The position numbers and the translations under genes are program-made. Of a stretch of 64,000 nucleotides of DNA, positions 12,507-26,202 are shown one piece after another. How positions within the stretch are numbered: position 1 is the stretch's first letter; each line of letters starts with the position of its first letter. Source of the stretch: Octopus sinensis (taxonomy: Eukaryota); NCBI RefSeq assembly GCF_006345805.1, contig NC_043017.1, positions 8,184,001-8,248,000 on the forward strand, in the 5' to 3' direction. The notes under the pieces are model-generated. The model was not told the origin of the DNA and ran no database searches. It saw only the letters and a program-made list of their open reading frames with translations.

Positions 12507-15500
12507 AGTTGATCCAAGAATATTTAGGCCTTTGTCAGCAAGGTATAACATTCACTGTAAAGCTATCAGGAACAAAAGAATGCATAGATTATGGTATTAG
12601 TTTAATGCTGTTAGGAAGGAATAAGAAGTAAGAAGTTCAATGTTCATCCATCTTCCTTCAACCATATAAGCCACTTATTCACAAAATGTATATTTTTTTT
12701 TGTGTTTTTTCTCATCTTTTTTTATCAAAGGATTATTGTCTGAAATATCAAACAGTTCTTGTTTTCTGTTTTCCCTCTGTTGCAACCTTAAGTTGATATT
12801 AATATAGTGTTCAATAGGCACGGGCATGGCTGTGGGCTTAAGAAGTCTGTTTCCCAACAACATGGTTTCAGGTTCTCTTCCACTGTGTGGCACCATGGGC
12901 AAGTGTCTTCTACTATAGTCCTGGGCCAACCAGAGCCTTGTGAGTGAATTTGGTAGATGGAAACTGAAAGAAGCCAGTTGTGTGCATGTATGTACATATA
13001 AACATATGTGTATGTGTGTACCTATGTTTGTCTCCTTGTCTTGACATTGTGTGATACTCGTAAATGAATAACACAGTGTCGTTTATTTCCAGTATTCTGC
13101 AAAAACATGTCTGGCCTTGGGGCTTGCTTGAAAACAACTGTTGGTGGCAAAAAGGGCACACAGCCATAAAACATCTCCCTTGGTAAACTCTGTCCAATTC
13201 ATGGAGGCATGACAAAGTGGACATTGCTACAATTATTATGATGATGATCACTTTGTGTTTTTTGTTTCATATTCTTGACACCTTTCCACTAATAATGATA
13301 ATCATCCTTCAGTTTTTCCATCTGCTTTAGAGTTCGCCCACTCAGCACTTTTGTTACGATATTTCTGTTGAAATACTCTGCTTTTGTTGCAGTTAATTTT
13401 GAAAGTAATGAAGAATTTATCAAAATAACTTTGTCATTATTAAGCTTCATGTTTGGAACGTAACTTTACTTGATAGCAGCTTTTAATTTAGATCATTTTC
13501 ACCGTCATTATTTTAACGACTGCTCTTCAATGCTTACGTGTGTTGGACAGAGTTTATTGAGGCAGATTTTCTACAGCTGGATGCTCTTCCTTACCTGTTT
13601 CCAAGCAACGTAATATTTCCCCATGACTGAATGCATTTTTGCAGAATATTGGAGAGGAATGACATTCATATACATCAGTCACTTGATGTCAAGACAAACA
13701 CACACACACACACAAATGGTTATTTTCATTTTCTGGTCTAGTTAGGCCCATGGCTGTAGTAGATAACACTTGCCCCTTGTGCTACATGGTGGGAATGAAC
13801 ATGAAACCATGTAGCTGGAAAGCATGATTCTTAACCACTTTGAAATGGAATTTGTATCCTAGAATGAGAAGTGGTCTCAAGTGGGTTGATATAAAAAGGA
13901 TTAATGTATTTTCCTCTCCTAACAAACCTAGTTTCACACTACTCTCTCTTCACCATTGGCTTTGTGTTTTTTGTATTCAGTGCATTTCTGGTTTTATCTC
14001 AGTGCCTGGTCCCTGGTTTTATTTTGATCGGATCAAACCTTGTTTTGGACTCTTGCAGATAGATGCAAGCTTAGTTGTGTGGTTGAGAAGCTTACTTTAC
14101 TACCACAGGATTTCAAGTTCAGTCCCACTGCATGGCACCTTGGGCAAATGTCTTCTACTATAGCCCCAGGCCAATCATTCCCTTGTGAATGAATTTCGTA
14201 GATGAGTACCATGTAAGAGTCTATCATTTGTGTGTGTGTGCGCACACACATATTATCATCATATCATCGTTTAACATCTGCTTTCCATGCTGGCATAGGT
14301 TGGATGGTTTGACTGAGGAGTGGCAAGCCAGGAAGCTGCACCAGGATCCAATCTGATCTGGCAAGGTTTTTACAGCTGGATGCCCTTCCTAATGCCAACC
14401 TCTCCGAGAGTGTAGAGGGCACTTTTTATGTGCCACCAGCATGGGAGCCAGTCAGGCAGTACTGGCATTGACCCCGTTCAGATGGTGGGCTGCTTCACAA
14501 CTGGTGTTGGTTTGTTTTACACCCCACCCCTAATAACTTACTATTCTGCAAAAGAGATCAAAAGAGTAAATAACACCCTTAAAAAGAAATAAGAACAGGG
14601 GTCTATTTGCTCAACTAAACCCTTCTGGCAAGTGCTCCAGCATAGCCACAGTCAAATGACTGAAACAAGAAAGAAGATACTTCTGAGCTATTTATTGCTT
14701 ATCAAGATTCTTGAAACACCACTTTGACAATACAGTCAAAACAGCTGGTCATATGCGTCTTTTTGCTGCTGTCACAACCACCCTGTAATTCAATAGCCTA
14801 CCTTCCTTCTTATTTATAGTTGACATTGTTCTGATACATTTGAGAGATGTTCTGAGCATCATGTGGCACTTCAGTTCTTATATTTGCAGGTGTGGCTGTA
14901 TGATTAAGAAGCTTGCTTCCCAATCACATGGTTTTGGGTTCAGTTCCACTGCATGACACCTTGGGCAAGTGCCTTCTACTATAGCCTTGGGTTGACTAAA
15001 GTTTTGTGAGTTTGATTTGGCAGACAGAAACTGAAAGAAACCTTATCACACATACATACTTATCATCCTCTGTTTTCCATGTTGGCATGGGTTAGACAGT
15101 TTGACCAGAGTTGGTATGGCAAGAAACTGCACTGAGCTCCAATGTCTGTTCTGACATGGTTTCTAATGCTGGATGCCCTTCCTAACACCAACCACTCCAA
15201 CTGGATGCTTTAATCTGGCACTAGCACCGATATCAATTCTGCTGTGGCAGATGGATCTTCTCGAGTACAGCAATGCGCCAGGTGTTTCGCTTCTTAGTCA
15301 TCTTCTTTTTAATGCTCAGTGTTTTAAGATCAGCCTTCAATACTTCAGCTCATGCCTTCCTGGGTCACCCTCTTATATGATTAATAGCAACAGAAGCAGT
15401 ATGAATGCCAAAACGCAATCTTTATATCCAGCTTAACATGAATGTTGTGTTAGAACACGGAATACTGCATTATTTACCTTGAGAAGCCCTCTCATGGATT

Positions 15501-16709
15501 TGTGGTTAATGAAACTACTCTATATTTATATCATTGTCAGATAAGCACCATCTAGTCCCTTTAATGTTGACTGTTGGAAGAAAGAGTATTTGGTCCCATA
15601 GTATTTATTTTATTCTTTTACTTGTTTCAGTCATTTGACTGCAGCCAATCAATCCCCAAACTTATTTCTTGTAAGCCTAGTACTTATTCTATCGGTCCAA
15701 ACTGCTAAGTTACAAGGACATAAACACACCAGCATCGGTTGTCAAGTGATGGTGGGGGAGACAAACGGACAAACATATACATATGTGTGTGTGTATATAT
15801 ATATATATATAAATTTGCACGAAGTGTAATGATGCTTAAAAAGTCTTCACCTGCTAGAAATAAGAGCTAAAGTCTTAAATTAAGACTTTAGCTCTTATTT
15901 CTAGCAGGTAAATGCTTTTTAAGCATCATTACGCTTCATGCAAATTTACAATTCATAGCTATATAATGGTATTGTGCCTGCAATCCTCAGATGATATTAA
16001 CAGTAGAGACATCTTATTTCAAATCTTAGTGTTTGAATGTTTTGCTTATATATATATTATATATATTTATATTTATGTATACATCAGACTTCTTTCAGTT
16101 TCCATCTACCCAATCCACTCACAGGGCTTTGGTTGGCCCAAGGCTATAATAGAAGACACTTGCCCAAGGTGCCATGCAGTGGGACTGAACCTGGAACCAT
16201 GTGGTTGGAAAGCAAGCTTCAAACCGCAGCCATGTCTGCGCCTATGGTGAAGTCAGTCTCTTGCTACTTGGTGTTTCACCTGTAGGTGCATGGGGGTCTT
16301 CAGGCAAGTTACAACTTATTCTAGATGTGTGTGTGTGTGTACATATATATGTATATGGACGTGAGTGTGCATTTTTCCGTCTCCTTGTTTTGACATCATG
16401 TGATTGTTGTAAAAGAAAGTCGTTCATTGCCAGTATTCTGCAAACGACATGTCTGACCACTAGGAAATATTACCTTATTTGGAAACGGGATGTTTTGATA
16501 TTGTTTTTACTGTTGCTGTTTAAGTCCAGGTCACTTCCGATTGAGCAGACCTCTGATCAAAAGCATTCCAGCCATGACCATACTATTTAGTTTGAGGTAA
16601 ATTTTTCCATGGCTGGCTGCCCTTTTTGTCACTGATGCTCACCTATTCCCAAGCAAGGTTTATATTTCCTCATGGCCTGATGTACCATGTTCAGTAATTT
16701 GGTGGGCTC

Positions 16710-17020
16710 TGGGGAAACTAGGTGTTGATGAATGGCATGTGCAGGCAGTTCAAGCTATGTATGATGATGCAGTATGGTAAATTACTCTTGTAATGAATTT
16801 AGCATGAAAGTAAGAGTCTATCGAGGTTCATTCCTCAGTTCCCTCATTCATTGTGGTCCTACAAGCCATCATAGAAAAGCTGAGAACTGGCTGTCCATGC
16901 TGATGATCTAGATCTCATACCCAAGTCTATAGGGGAATTAAAAAAGGAATTTTAGGGATGGAAGCTAAACCTAGAATAGAGAGGCCTTATGGTAAATCCA
17001 ACAAAGGCAAAGGTTTTTTA
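16710..17020 (+). mobile_element. Degenerate RTE-type reverse transcriptase fragment
   Basis: Frameshifted KLGVDEW..VQAMY...GS.LS..FIVVLQAI.EKLRTGCP..ADDL..., typical RTE-clade RT core. Confidence 0.7.
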
Positions 17021-17299
17021 ATAAGTAGGAAATAAGAGTGGGACCCTGGTACCTTCAGGAGGATGGCCTTACTCAGTATGCAGAAAAGGGGTAGGTATAT
17101 GCTGTACCATATCATCTTTACTACTCCTGCTACTTGCCCCCTCACTCTCACTTCTGCACCCCTCTAACTTTCCCAGCTCAATTGTTCCTTCATCTTACAA
17201 ACTGCCCACCCAGCCACCTACTACTACTCAGCTTGTGCCCCCTGCCTTCACCTGGGCACTTCATTGCTATTATTTATCTTGTGCTGCTCCTACTGATCA

Positions 17300-17338
<39 letters not shown>

Positions 17339-19134
17339 AACATGCAGATCCCTTCACAAAAACTTGCTCTATCCCACCCTCATAGTAATCACTTTGTCCT
17401 CTTGCATGAAACTGCCCCTCACCATCTCCCCCAGGGTTTGTAATCCTGCGAACTGCATGGTAGCCTTAATAGTGCAAGTGACATAAAAACAACAAAAAAA
17501 AACACCCAGTCCATTCTGTAATACAGTTGGTATCAAGAAAGGTATCCAGCTGTAGGAGCCATGCCAAAGCAGATACTGGAGTGCAGTGCAGTCCATGGAC
17601 ACATTTGAATCCATGTCAGCATGAAACTTGATGATAAATAGACACACACACACACAAACACAGATGTGTGTATGTACAAAAGCATCTCACATATAGCTTT
17701 AATCTATCCCTAACAATTATTATAATCTCCCTTAATAACAACTATTAATCTTGTGATCATACAGTCATTTAACATTTGCCTATTTCAGTAATTCAGTCGC
17801 TAAATTTTTGTGAGGTTGAAATTTAAACTGACAACTGAGAATGAATAATAATAATAATAATAATAGTAAATAAAGATAGTTCCAGGTTTAAAATGTTTCT
17901 ACTGCTGCTTAACTCTGCCTCTCCCTCTTTCTTTTTAAGCATATGGTCTATATCTCTTTGTATATATTTACAAACACACACACATGTATTTCTCTACACA
18001 AACAATACTACATATTTTCTTACCTGCTCATGAACACACCTTTCTTTCCCTGTGCACATACCTGTGTGAAGAGGTAACAACTATACAAGCCTAACACAAA
18101 AGGTTTAATGTGCTGTGTACACACATATTGTCTAGTCTGTTGTTTTTTTTGCTCTGGTTTTTAATTTAGTTCACTGAAAAGTGGGTGCTGCTTGTAAGTA
18201 TTTCCCTGTTTAGATTAGAGAAGTGAACACAAGTTAATGGTCGACTTGTATCCTATTTATATGAAGGTAGAAAATTCTAGAGTTGTAGGTCTGTGAGGTG
18301 AAAAGACTGAACAAAGGGCAGGTTGACATGTGGTAGTTGAAAGGGTGCTGCATCAGATGGATTTAATCAGGGTGGTCTGTGACTTCCTGGTTCAGAATAG
18401 CTTAAAGCTTTTGTTATATTTGCTTGTGTGTGTGTGTGGTGACTAGGATATGAATGCAACTTCAGGTGTGTGTGTGTGTGTGTGTGATATAAACACAAAC
18501 TTTATAAGTAGTAATATTGTATTGAAGATTAAACACGAAAGTAATGGGAGTAAGTGTGGTGAATGGGATACCAGCACGAAGCTTCTGAAGTATGTACACT
18601 GTACATAGATTAAATTTGATCTTCTGGCATGGCAGAAAGGAACCTCTGTGTGGTCACTCAACCTGCTAACAATAACAAACAGATCTCCAACAAATCACAT
18701 GTTGCTGTGTTACAATTAGAAAACAGACGTTTTAGATAATAGGTCTACTTACTGAGGATTGACCTGGGGTTAAACAACAGCCTATGTGTTAATCAAAATA
18801 ATTTATGAATCTTATGAACATGTGTATCATTTGTAGTTGGTCACTGTCTGTCCTTAAAGAGGGCAGAAATTTTTGTCTTTAATCCTTTTTCCTCTTCGCA
18901 GCCCTCTCTTTCTACACCCTCATTGAACTGGCACATCATATTTAATGACAGTGTCGGCCTCTATATACACACACATAGTCTGATGAAGGCTAGCAAGTCA
19001 AAACTTCAAAGTCACAGTCAATCCCCTTGTTAAAGTTTCATAAATAGATTCTCTACTAAAAGCATGGAGTCATCCTTCAGTTTAATGTTGAACTGTTTTT
19101 ATATATAACTTGATGTTAAAAAATAACTTTAACA

Positions 19135-19458
19135 AATATATATGTGAGTGTACATTTATATGTATATGTGTGTATGAATATATGTATGTACGTATATGTA
19201 TATGTGTGTATATATGTATGTATATGTCTGTATTTATTTATATGTATGTATATGTGTGTATTTATTTATATATATGTATATGTGTGTATTTATTTATATA
19301 TATGTATGTGTGTATTTATATATATGTATGTGTGTATTTATATATATGTATGTGTGTATTTATATATATGTATATGTGTGTATTTATATATATGTATGTG
19401 TGTATTTATATATATGTATGTGTATATATGTATGTGTTTATATGTATCTGTATGTGTG

Positions 19459-19489
<31 letters not shown>

Positions 19490-19545
19490 ATCTATATGTG
19501 TATATATATCTTTGTGTTCGTGTGTGTGTGTGTATACATACACAC
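19135..19545. repeat. Compound TA/TG microsatellite with higher-order units
   Basis: Repeated tatgtgtgtatttatatata units. Confidence 0.95.
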
Positions 19546-21519
19546 CAGAGAACAGTTGGACTTCTCTCTTTGTGCAGTGTTTATTCTTGAGATTGTTTAT
19601 TTTTGTCTTCCTCAACTTCAGCAATGTCTTTTGTGGAGGAGGGATGAATGTTGGTGTGGTAGTAGTGGCTGAGACAAAGGTTCAAATTGAACCACCTGCT
19701 CTTTGGCAGGGCAGATTGTAGGGAGATGAATAAAATAAAATATTGTGTTAGTAACCAACCATCCCTCCTATTGTTGCTGTTTGTTGTTGTTTCCTTGCTT
19801 TCCCCTCCTTGTACATCCTCCCATATCTCTTCTTTTCTTTCCTTGCAGTCATTGCCCTACCATCCATCCATCCATTCCAAAAGTAGTAAACACATTTACC
19901 AGGAGAAATATATTTATATTATACTTCCAGTCACCTGCCACCCTACTCAGCATCTACCATCTTTCTGCTTTATCATCTTAGCCTTTGGCTAGAGTAATAC
20001 TTCATTATTATTATTATTCTGCTACGGTCGACTTTGCCTTTTATCAATAAAGTACCAGTGAAACACTGGGGGGGGGGGGGCAATGTAATCATCAAGTCCC
20101 CTCCCCACAAATTTGAGATCTTGTGCCTTCAGTTGATAAGATTATTATTATCATTATTATTATTATTCTGCCAAAGTCAACTTTGCCTTTCATCCTCTCG
20201 GGGTTGATAAATTAAGTACTGAGGTCAATGTAATTGCCTATCCCTCTCCCCCCAAATGTCAGGCCTTGTACTTTTAGTAGAAAGGATTATTATTATTATG
20301 ATGCATGTGGTCTTCCATCTTTATGTTCTGAGCTCAAATTTGCCTTTCATCCTTTCGGGGTCGATAAGATAAGCACCAGCCGAACACTGGGATTGATGTA
20401 ATTGATTTACTCCCTCCTCTGAAATTGGTTGCCCTGTACCCAGATTTAAAACCTTAATTAATGCATATGTTACATTCTGTTGGCTAGCATCATCGTCAAA
20501 CATCCACTTTTCTTTGTCAATCTCTTTTGCCAAACCACTAACTTATGGGGACATTACCAAACCAAATACCATTTGTCAAATAATGGTGAGAGGGGCAAAC
20601 ACAAAGGTGCGTGTGTACGTGCACACACACACACACACACCTCTTCCACACTGTTTCTGTCTGCCAAATGCACTTACCCCAAAGTGATGTACAGTGGGAC
20701 TGAACCCAAAACCACAAAACCATAGTTGCAAAGCAGGTTTCTTAACCATCTTTTTAGGGTTGATAAATGTAAGTCGATGTAATTGATTTGCCCCCTCCTC
20801 CAAAATTTCAGGCCTTGTGCCTTTGGCAGAAAGGGTTATTATTATTATTATTAATAATAATAATAATAAATTTGATTCCAAAAAAAGTAACAACTACTTG
20901 AATTTCTTCAATTTCTTTATTACTATGGCAACTATGTTTCTGCTGTCGCCATCTCTTGTGGTAATTATACATCCAAGTTTACAGAAATTACCAGTAACTG
21001 GGGTGTTTTTTTTTCTTCTTTTTTGCTTGTTTTAAACATTTTGTGGTCTTCGTTGTATGAGTCGTCATCATAGATAACTATTCTTGTACATCTTTTATTG
21101 TATGAGGTGTCCTCACTAATTCTTTTATATTTGGCTCATCTAAAGCCCTGATTTCCTGTCAGTCTGCCAGAGATCCCACAGCATCTTTGCATATGAGCAA
21201 TAATTGAATGACTGAGAACATTACATTAAGTTCTTGCCAACTTCCTTCATATTGAACTTGGCCATTTCCCAGGTGGTAACTGGTTTTTGTACTCCTCGTT
21301 ACTGTCTAGTACTGTGGACTGGCTACTAATTAGTATTATGCTTACATTACTAATTAGTATTGCGGTGTCGTAACTAACCCCTTTGCTACCAGAAAGCCAT
21401 CACTACTAGCTGGCCCTCAACTACCTGATATACTGTTTAATTACAGGTTGATAGTGTGATAAGAGTGTAGGAGTCTTCTGTTATTATGCCATTCACATCT
21501 TGGATCACACATGACCGAT

Positions 21520-21770
21520 TAGGTTGTCAGATGTTGTTACACATCATTGGTCACAATGCAGATTTGCATCGTTTTAGCCTTCAAATGATGCCACCCTGCT
21601 GGCTAGGCTAACAGGCCGACATTCCCCCACTAATCGAAAGCGGGGAACTGGAGCAATGTGAAATGAAGTGTTTTGCTCAAAAACACAATATGCCGCCCAC
21701 TCGGGGAATTGAACCTACAATCTGGCAATAGTGAGTGTAGCAGCCTAACCACTAGGCCATGCACCTTCAC
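21520..21770 (-). mobile_element. tRNA-derived SINE, family 4
   Basis: gtgaaggtgcatggcctagtggttagg head, ggttcaattccc B-box, ttgagcaaaacacttcatttc body; copies at ~650-870, 27710-27880, 39680-39990, 47830-48125. Confidence 0.75.
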
Positions 21771-22529
21771 ACTTGTTGGATACTTTATAAAAATAATAGA
21801 TCAGCCCATGCCAGTGCTTGACTGGTTCTTCATTTCATCAAATGCAGAAACATAAGTGAAGTTGACTTTAGCTGGTTTTGAACTCAGAATGGAAAGGCCT
21901 ATAAAACATACGTGTTAAAACTGCAGGTTTTAACATGTTAGCTGCCACATTTTACTGCTGGTGGTTCATTGCAAACTTCACACAACCATCATATGCACAA
22001 CCGGTGGTACATTTTTGTAATGTGAGAAAATATCTTATTTTGTATCTTTGTCATGGTTTCGAGGTTATTTAAATAACATAAATGCTAAATATTAAAATTT
22101 AATTATAAAATAGTGTAAAAATGCAAAAATAAAATTTCCTTGTAATTTAACAGTGTAACCAGAAAATATGTAGTATCACCAATAAGTTCCAGTAACAGGC
22201 CATGGCAGTTAATATATTGATGAATTTTTCTTGGTTTAGCCCTGTTGTTACCATATTTATGCTGAAATATACTCCCCTTCTTTCAATTAATTTTAAAAAT
22301 AAAAAAAAAATTAAAATTTTGCTGCTATTAAGCTGGGGTTTGAAATATAAACTAACAAAATTTTGTTGGATGGTTTTAATTTAGAGCACTTTAAGACTGG
22401 AAATTTCTATCATAAAATGAAGTACTGCTTCAGGTGGGTTGGTGTCAAAAGGGCCAAATAGTACTGTTGTTTTATTACTAATTAGTACCATGGTCTTGTT
22501 ACTGCTTAGTACTAGGGCCACATTACTAA

Positions 22530-22738
22530 TTAACCCTTTCGTGTTCAGATTCTCTGTCAAAGTATTCATGTCATTTTGGAGTAATCATGCATTATTTCAT
22601 AGCTTTGAGATTTTGATGATGTGATTGTTTATTTTTACAATGACACTATAAAGTAAAAGACCAGATCTAACCAGTTTGAAGATAAAACAAGTAGAATATT
22701 TTGGCCTGATATGACTGGTTTAAATGCTAAAGGATTAA
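22530..22738. mobile_element. piggyBac-type MITE
   Basis: TTAA-ccctttcgtgttc...aaatgctaaagga-TTAA. Confidence 0.75.
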
Positions 22739-23239
22739 TGCTATTGCTTTGATATTGTTTTTAATAATTATTGATGTCAGTTTGTTTGACTAAACCCTTC
22801 AAGGCAGTGCCCCAGCATGGCCACAGTCCAATGACTAAAACAAATAAAAGACAAAAAATAAATTTTAAAAATGTTTTGTTTTGTGTAACAGGAACGTCCA
22901 GTCTTCAAAACACAGAAATCCAAAAGTTGTTTTAAAAATAAATCAGAAATAGAATTTTAAAATGTAAACAAATTACAGCAATGTACATAATTTGATTATT
23001 TGAAATCATTTGTTTATTCATTCCAGTAACCCAAGGAAACCAGATTTAGATTTTTGTATTCCCTTTTATTGCTGGTCCAGTTTTAATGATGCAGATTTCA
23101 TCAATTCTTACTCTTTCATCATCATCATCATCTTCATTTTAACATTCACTTTTTTCATGCTTGCATGGGTTTGACAGAATTTGTTGAACCCTGTTTTTCT
23201 ATGGCCAGGTGCCCTTCCTGTCGAAGACATCACTTCTCA

Positions 23240-23535
23240 TATTCACCCCTTCCAAGTTCTTCCAAAGTCTTCCTTTAACCAACCCCAAATAAAGAAGTCA
23301 CCGGGTGTTAAGTTGGGACTTCTGGCTGGCCACTCATGCAGACAACAATGACCCATCCATCTCCTAGGGAAGCAGGTTTTCAGTCATGTGTGAATGACAT
23401 GAACAATGCAATTAAAGAATAAATTCTCATACCTCAAAAAAACAAACACAAAAACAAAATTTGAGAAAAAAATTACAATTAATAAATAATTTCTAAGTAT
23501 TTTAAAATTGGGAGTTACTTTTCAATCACCCTGTA
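23240..23535 (-). mobile_element. Tc1/mariner remnant
   Basis: WPARSP(N)L.PGDFFIWGWLK relic; TIR tacagggtgattgaaaagt at ~23533-23515. Confidence 0.7.
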
Positions 23536-24018
23536 TATGCAATTCACTCATAAACATTCATACACTCCCACCCTGTCCTTTCTCTATCTCTTTCTTTCCT
23601 CTTTCCTTCTCTCTCTTCTCTATCACTCTCCTCTCTCTCTCTCTCTCTCTCTTGTGTGTTGTCTCCCCAGCCACAGTTGTCCTTCATGACCAGTCACAAG
23701 GAATCGATGTTTGTGATGTAATGTAAGAAATCAATACGTGTGTATTTGTATATTTTGTTGCTATATCCTGTTTGTTATTTACTGGTTTCAGTTATTGAAC
23801 TGTGGCCATGCTGGGACATCACTTTCTTTTGTTTCATTGATGATATCAACCTCGATGCTTATTTTATCTTTATTTTCAAATGGCTAAATTATGGGCCATG
23901 AAGTGGCCCAACATTGCTGCAGTCCTCTGGCTTGCCAGCCCTTGTCAAGCTGTCAAACCCATGCCATCATGGAAAACAGACATTAAATGAGGATGATTAT
24001 ATATATATATATATATTC

Positions 24019-24437
24019 ATATAGGTGCAGGAGTGGCTGTGTGGTAAGTAGCTTGCTTACCAACCACATGGTTCCGGGTTCAGTCCCACTGCATGGCACC
24101 TTGGGCAAGTGTCTTCTACTATAGCCTCGGGCCGACCAAAGCCTTGTGAGTAGAAACTGAAAGAAGCCTGTCGTATATATGCATATATATGCATATATAT
24201 GCATATATATGCGTGTGTGTTTGTGTGTCTGTGTTTGTCCCCCTAGCATTGCTTGACAACCGATGCTGGTGTGTTTATGTCCCCATCACTTAGCAGTTCG
24301 GCAAAAGAGCCCGATAGAATAAGTACTGGGCTTACGAAGAATAAGTCCCGGGGTCAAGTTGCTCGACTAAAGGCGGTACTCCAGCATGGCTGCAGTCAAA
24401 TGACTGAAACAAGTAAAAGAGTAAAGAGTAAAAGAGT
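24019..24437 (+). mobile_element. Full-length tRNA-derived SINE, family 1
   Basis: aggtgcaggagtggctgtgtggtaag...gactgaaacaagtaaaagagtaaagag. Confidence 0.9.
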
Positions 24438-26202
24438 ATATCCAAAATCTATGTAAATACCCATTTCTTTGACTGCTTCCTTCTGAAGATAGGCCTTTGC
24501 ATCTGTGATATAAAGGGTTTTCAAACTTTCTGTATTGTTAGAAGCTTTCTTATTTCTCATTTCATTCATTTTTTCTACTATTATACTACAATGCTTCTAG
24601 TGAACTACAACACACTTCATATATAGACACAAGCATGGCTTTGTGATTAAGAAGCTTGCTTACCAACCATGTGGTTTTGGGTTCAGTCCCACTATATAGC
24701 ACTTTGAGCAAGTGTCTTCTACTAGAGCCCCCCATGCTAGCCAAAGCCTTTTGAGTGGATTCTGTGGAATGGAAACTGAAAGAAGCCTATCACGTGATAG
24801 TTTTAAATGAGCATCATTACCATGCAGGTGATAGTGTATATTTCCAGTATTCCTTGGGAAAACATAGCCTGACCATCAGAAATATTACCTTGCTTGGCAA
24901 CCTATAAGGATTTTCTATGGTAGGATGTTCTCTCTGTAGTAGGATGTAACAGAGAGAGCATCCTGTCATAGATAATCTGCCTCAACAAATTTCATTTGAC
25001 TCATAGAAGCTTGGAAAAATGGACTTTAAATTATATGATAATAAGACTTTCTTGTCAGTACATGATCTTGTTGTTATTGATATATTAAATATTCTTGTTT
25101 GGCACGTAAATTATGACGTGTTTGGTGTGCTGGTGCCTTCTGGGTAAATATGCTGTTTACTTTTTAATTTAGAAATCTAAGCTCTTATCTTTTATCTGTT
25201 TCAGTCATTAGAGTGTGGCCATGTTGGGGCAGTGCCTTGAAGAGTTTTTTTTTTTTGTTGAACTTACATTTTAAAACCTGGTATTTATTCTATTGGTCTC
25301 TTTTGCTGAACTGCTAAGTTAGAGGGATGTAAACACACCAACACCAATTGTCAGGTGGGTGGGGGGTCCATGCACATAGATATTTATAGAATGGGCTTCT
25401 TTCAGTTTCCAAATCTACTCACAAAGCCTTGGTCAGCCTGAGACTGCCACGCAGTGGAACTGAACCTGGAACCATGTGGTTGGGAAGTAAGCTTTTTACC
25501 ACACAGTTATGCCTGTGCCTTAGTTCAAATTCACTCTATATTGGATACAAATGAGAGTAGGTTTGAGCAAGGAACTAAATAAGACTATATGAGGTAACAT
25601 AGCAAAGGCCATAACTGGAAGGCCTTTCATTATATAGGATTACTTTGTTGGTGCTGACCTGGGGCTAAATACCAACAAACATGGTAATGTATTGCACATG
25701 ACTTTGATCAGCCCAGGGCTATAGTAGAAGACAGGCCCATGGTGTCATATAGTGAGGCTGAACCTAAAACTAAGTAGTTTAGAAGCAAAATTCTTAACCA
25801 CTGTTATATTATCTGTTCTGTGTTATCTTCACAAGTTAATTTATCTGTCACTTAGTGCTAGCAAGATAATTTACAATACTAAAGTCCAACATAACAAGTT
25901 GTCCCACCTTAGTATGATGTTTGTAGCCAGAATTAACCCTATATATATATATATATATTTCACTTTCCTTCCGTTAAGTGTAATGTTATTTCTCCTTGGA
26001 AACATCTTTTCTGTGGCTATACTAGTAACGGAGCTATTTTTAGCACTAGAGTTATCCACATAGTGGTAACTCTCTTATAATTTATGTATAAATTTGTATT
26101 ATCTCCCTAGTTTTATGTGCTAAGCCACTTGGTGTTAAATTGATGGTGTTATTAAATTAATATCAAATTTTTCACCCTCATTTATAAATATATATATATA
26201 TA

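Noticed and set aside
22892-22960. Acceptor-like tttgtgtaacag followed by a short open frame
   Set aside because: No convincing donor and no recognisable protein.
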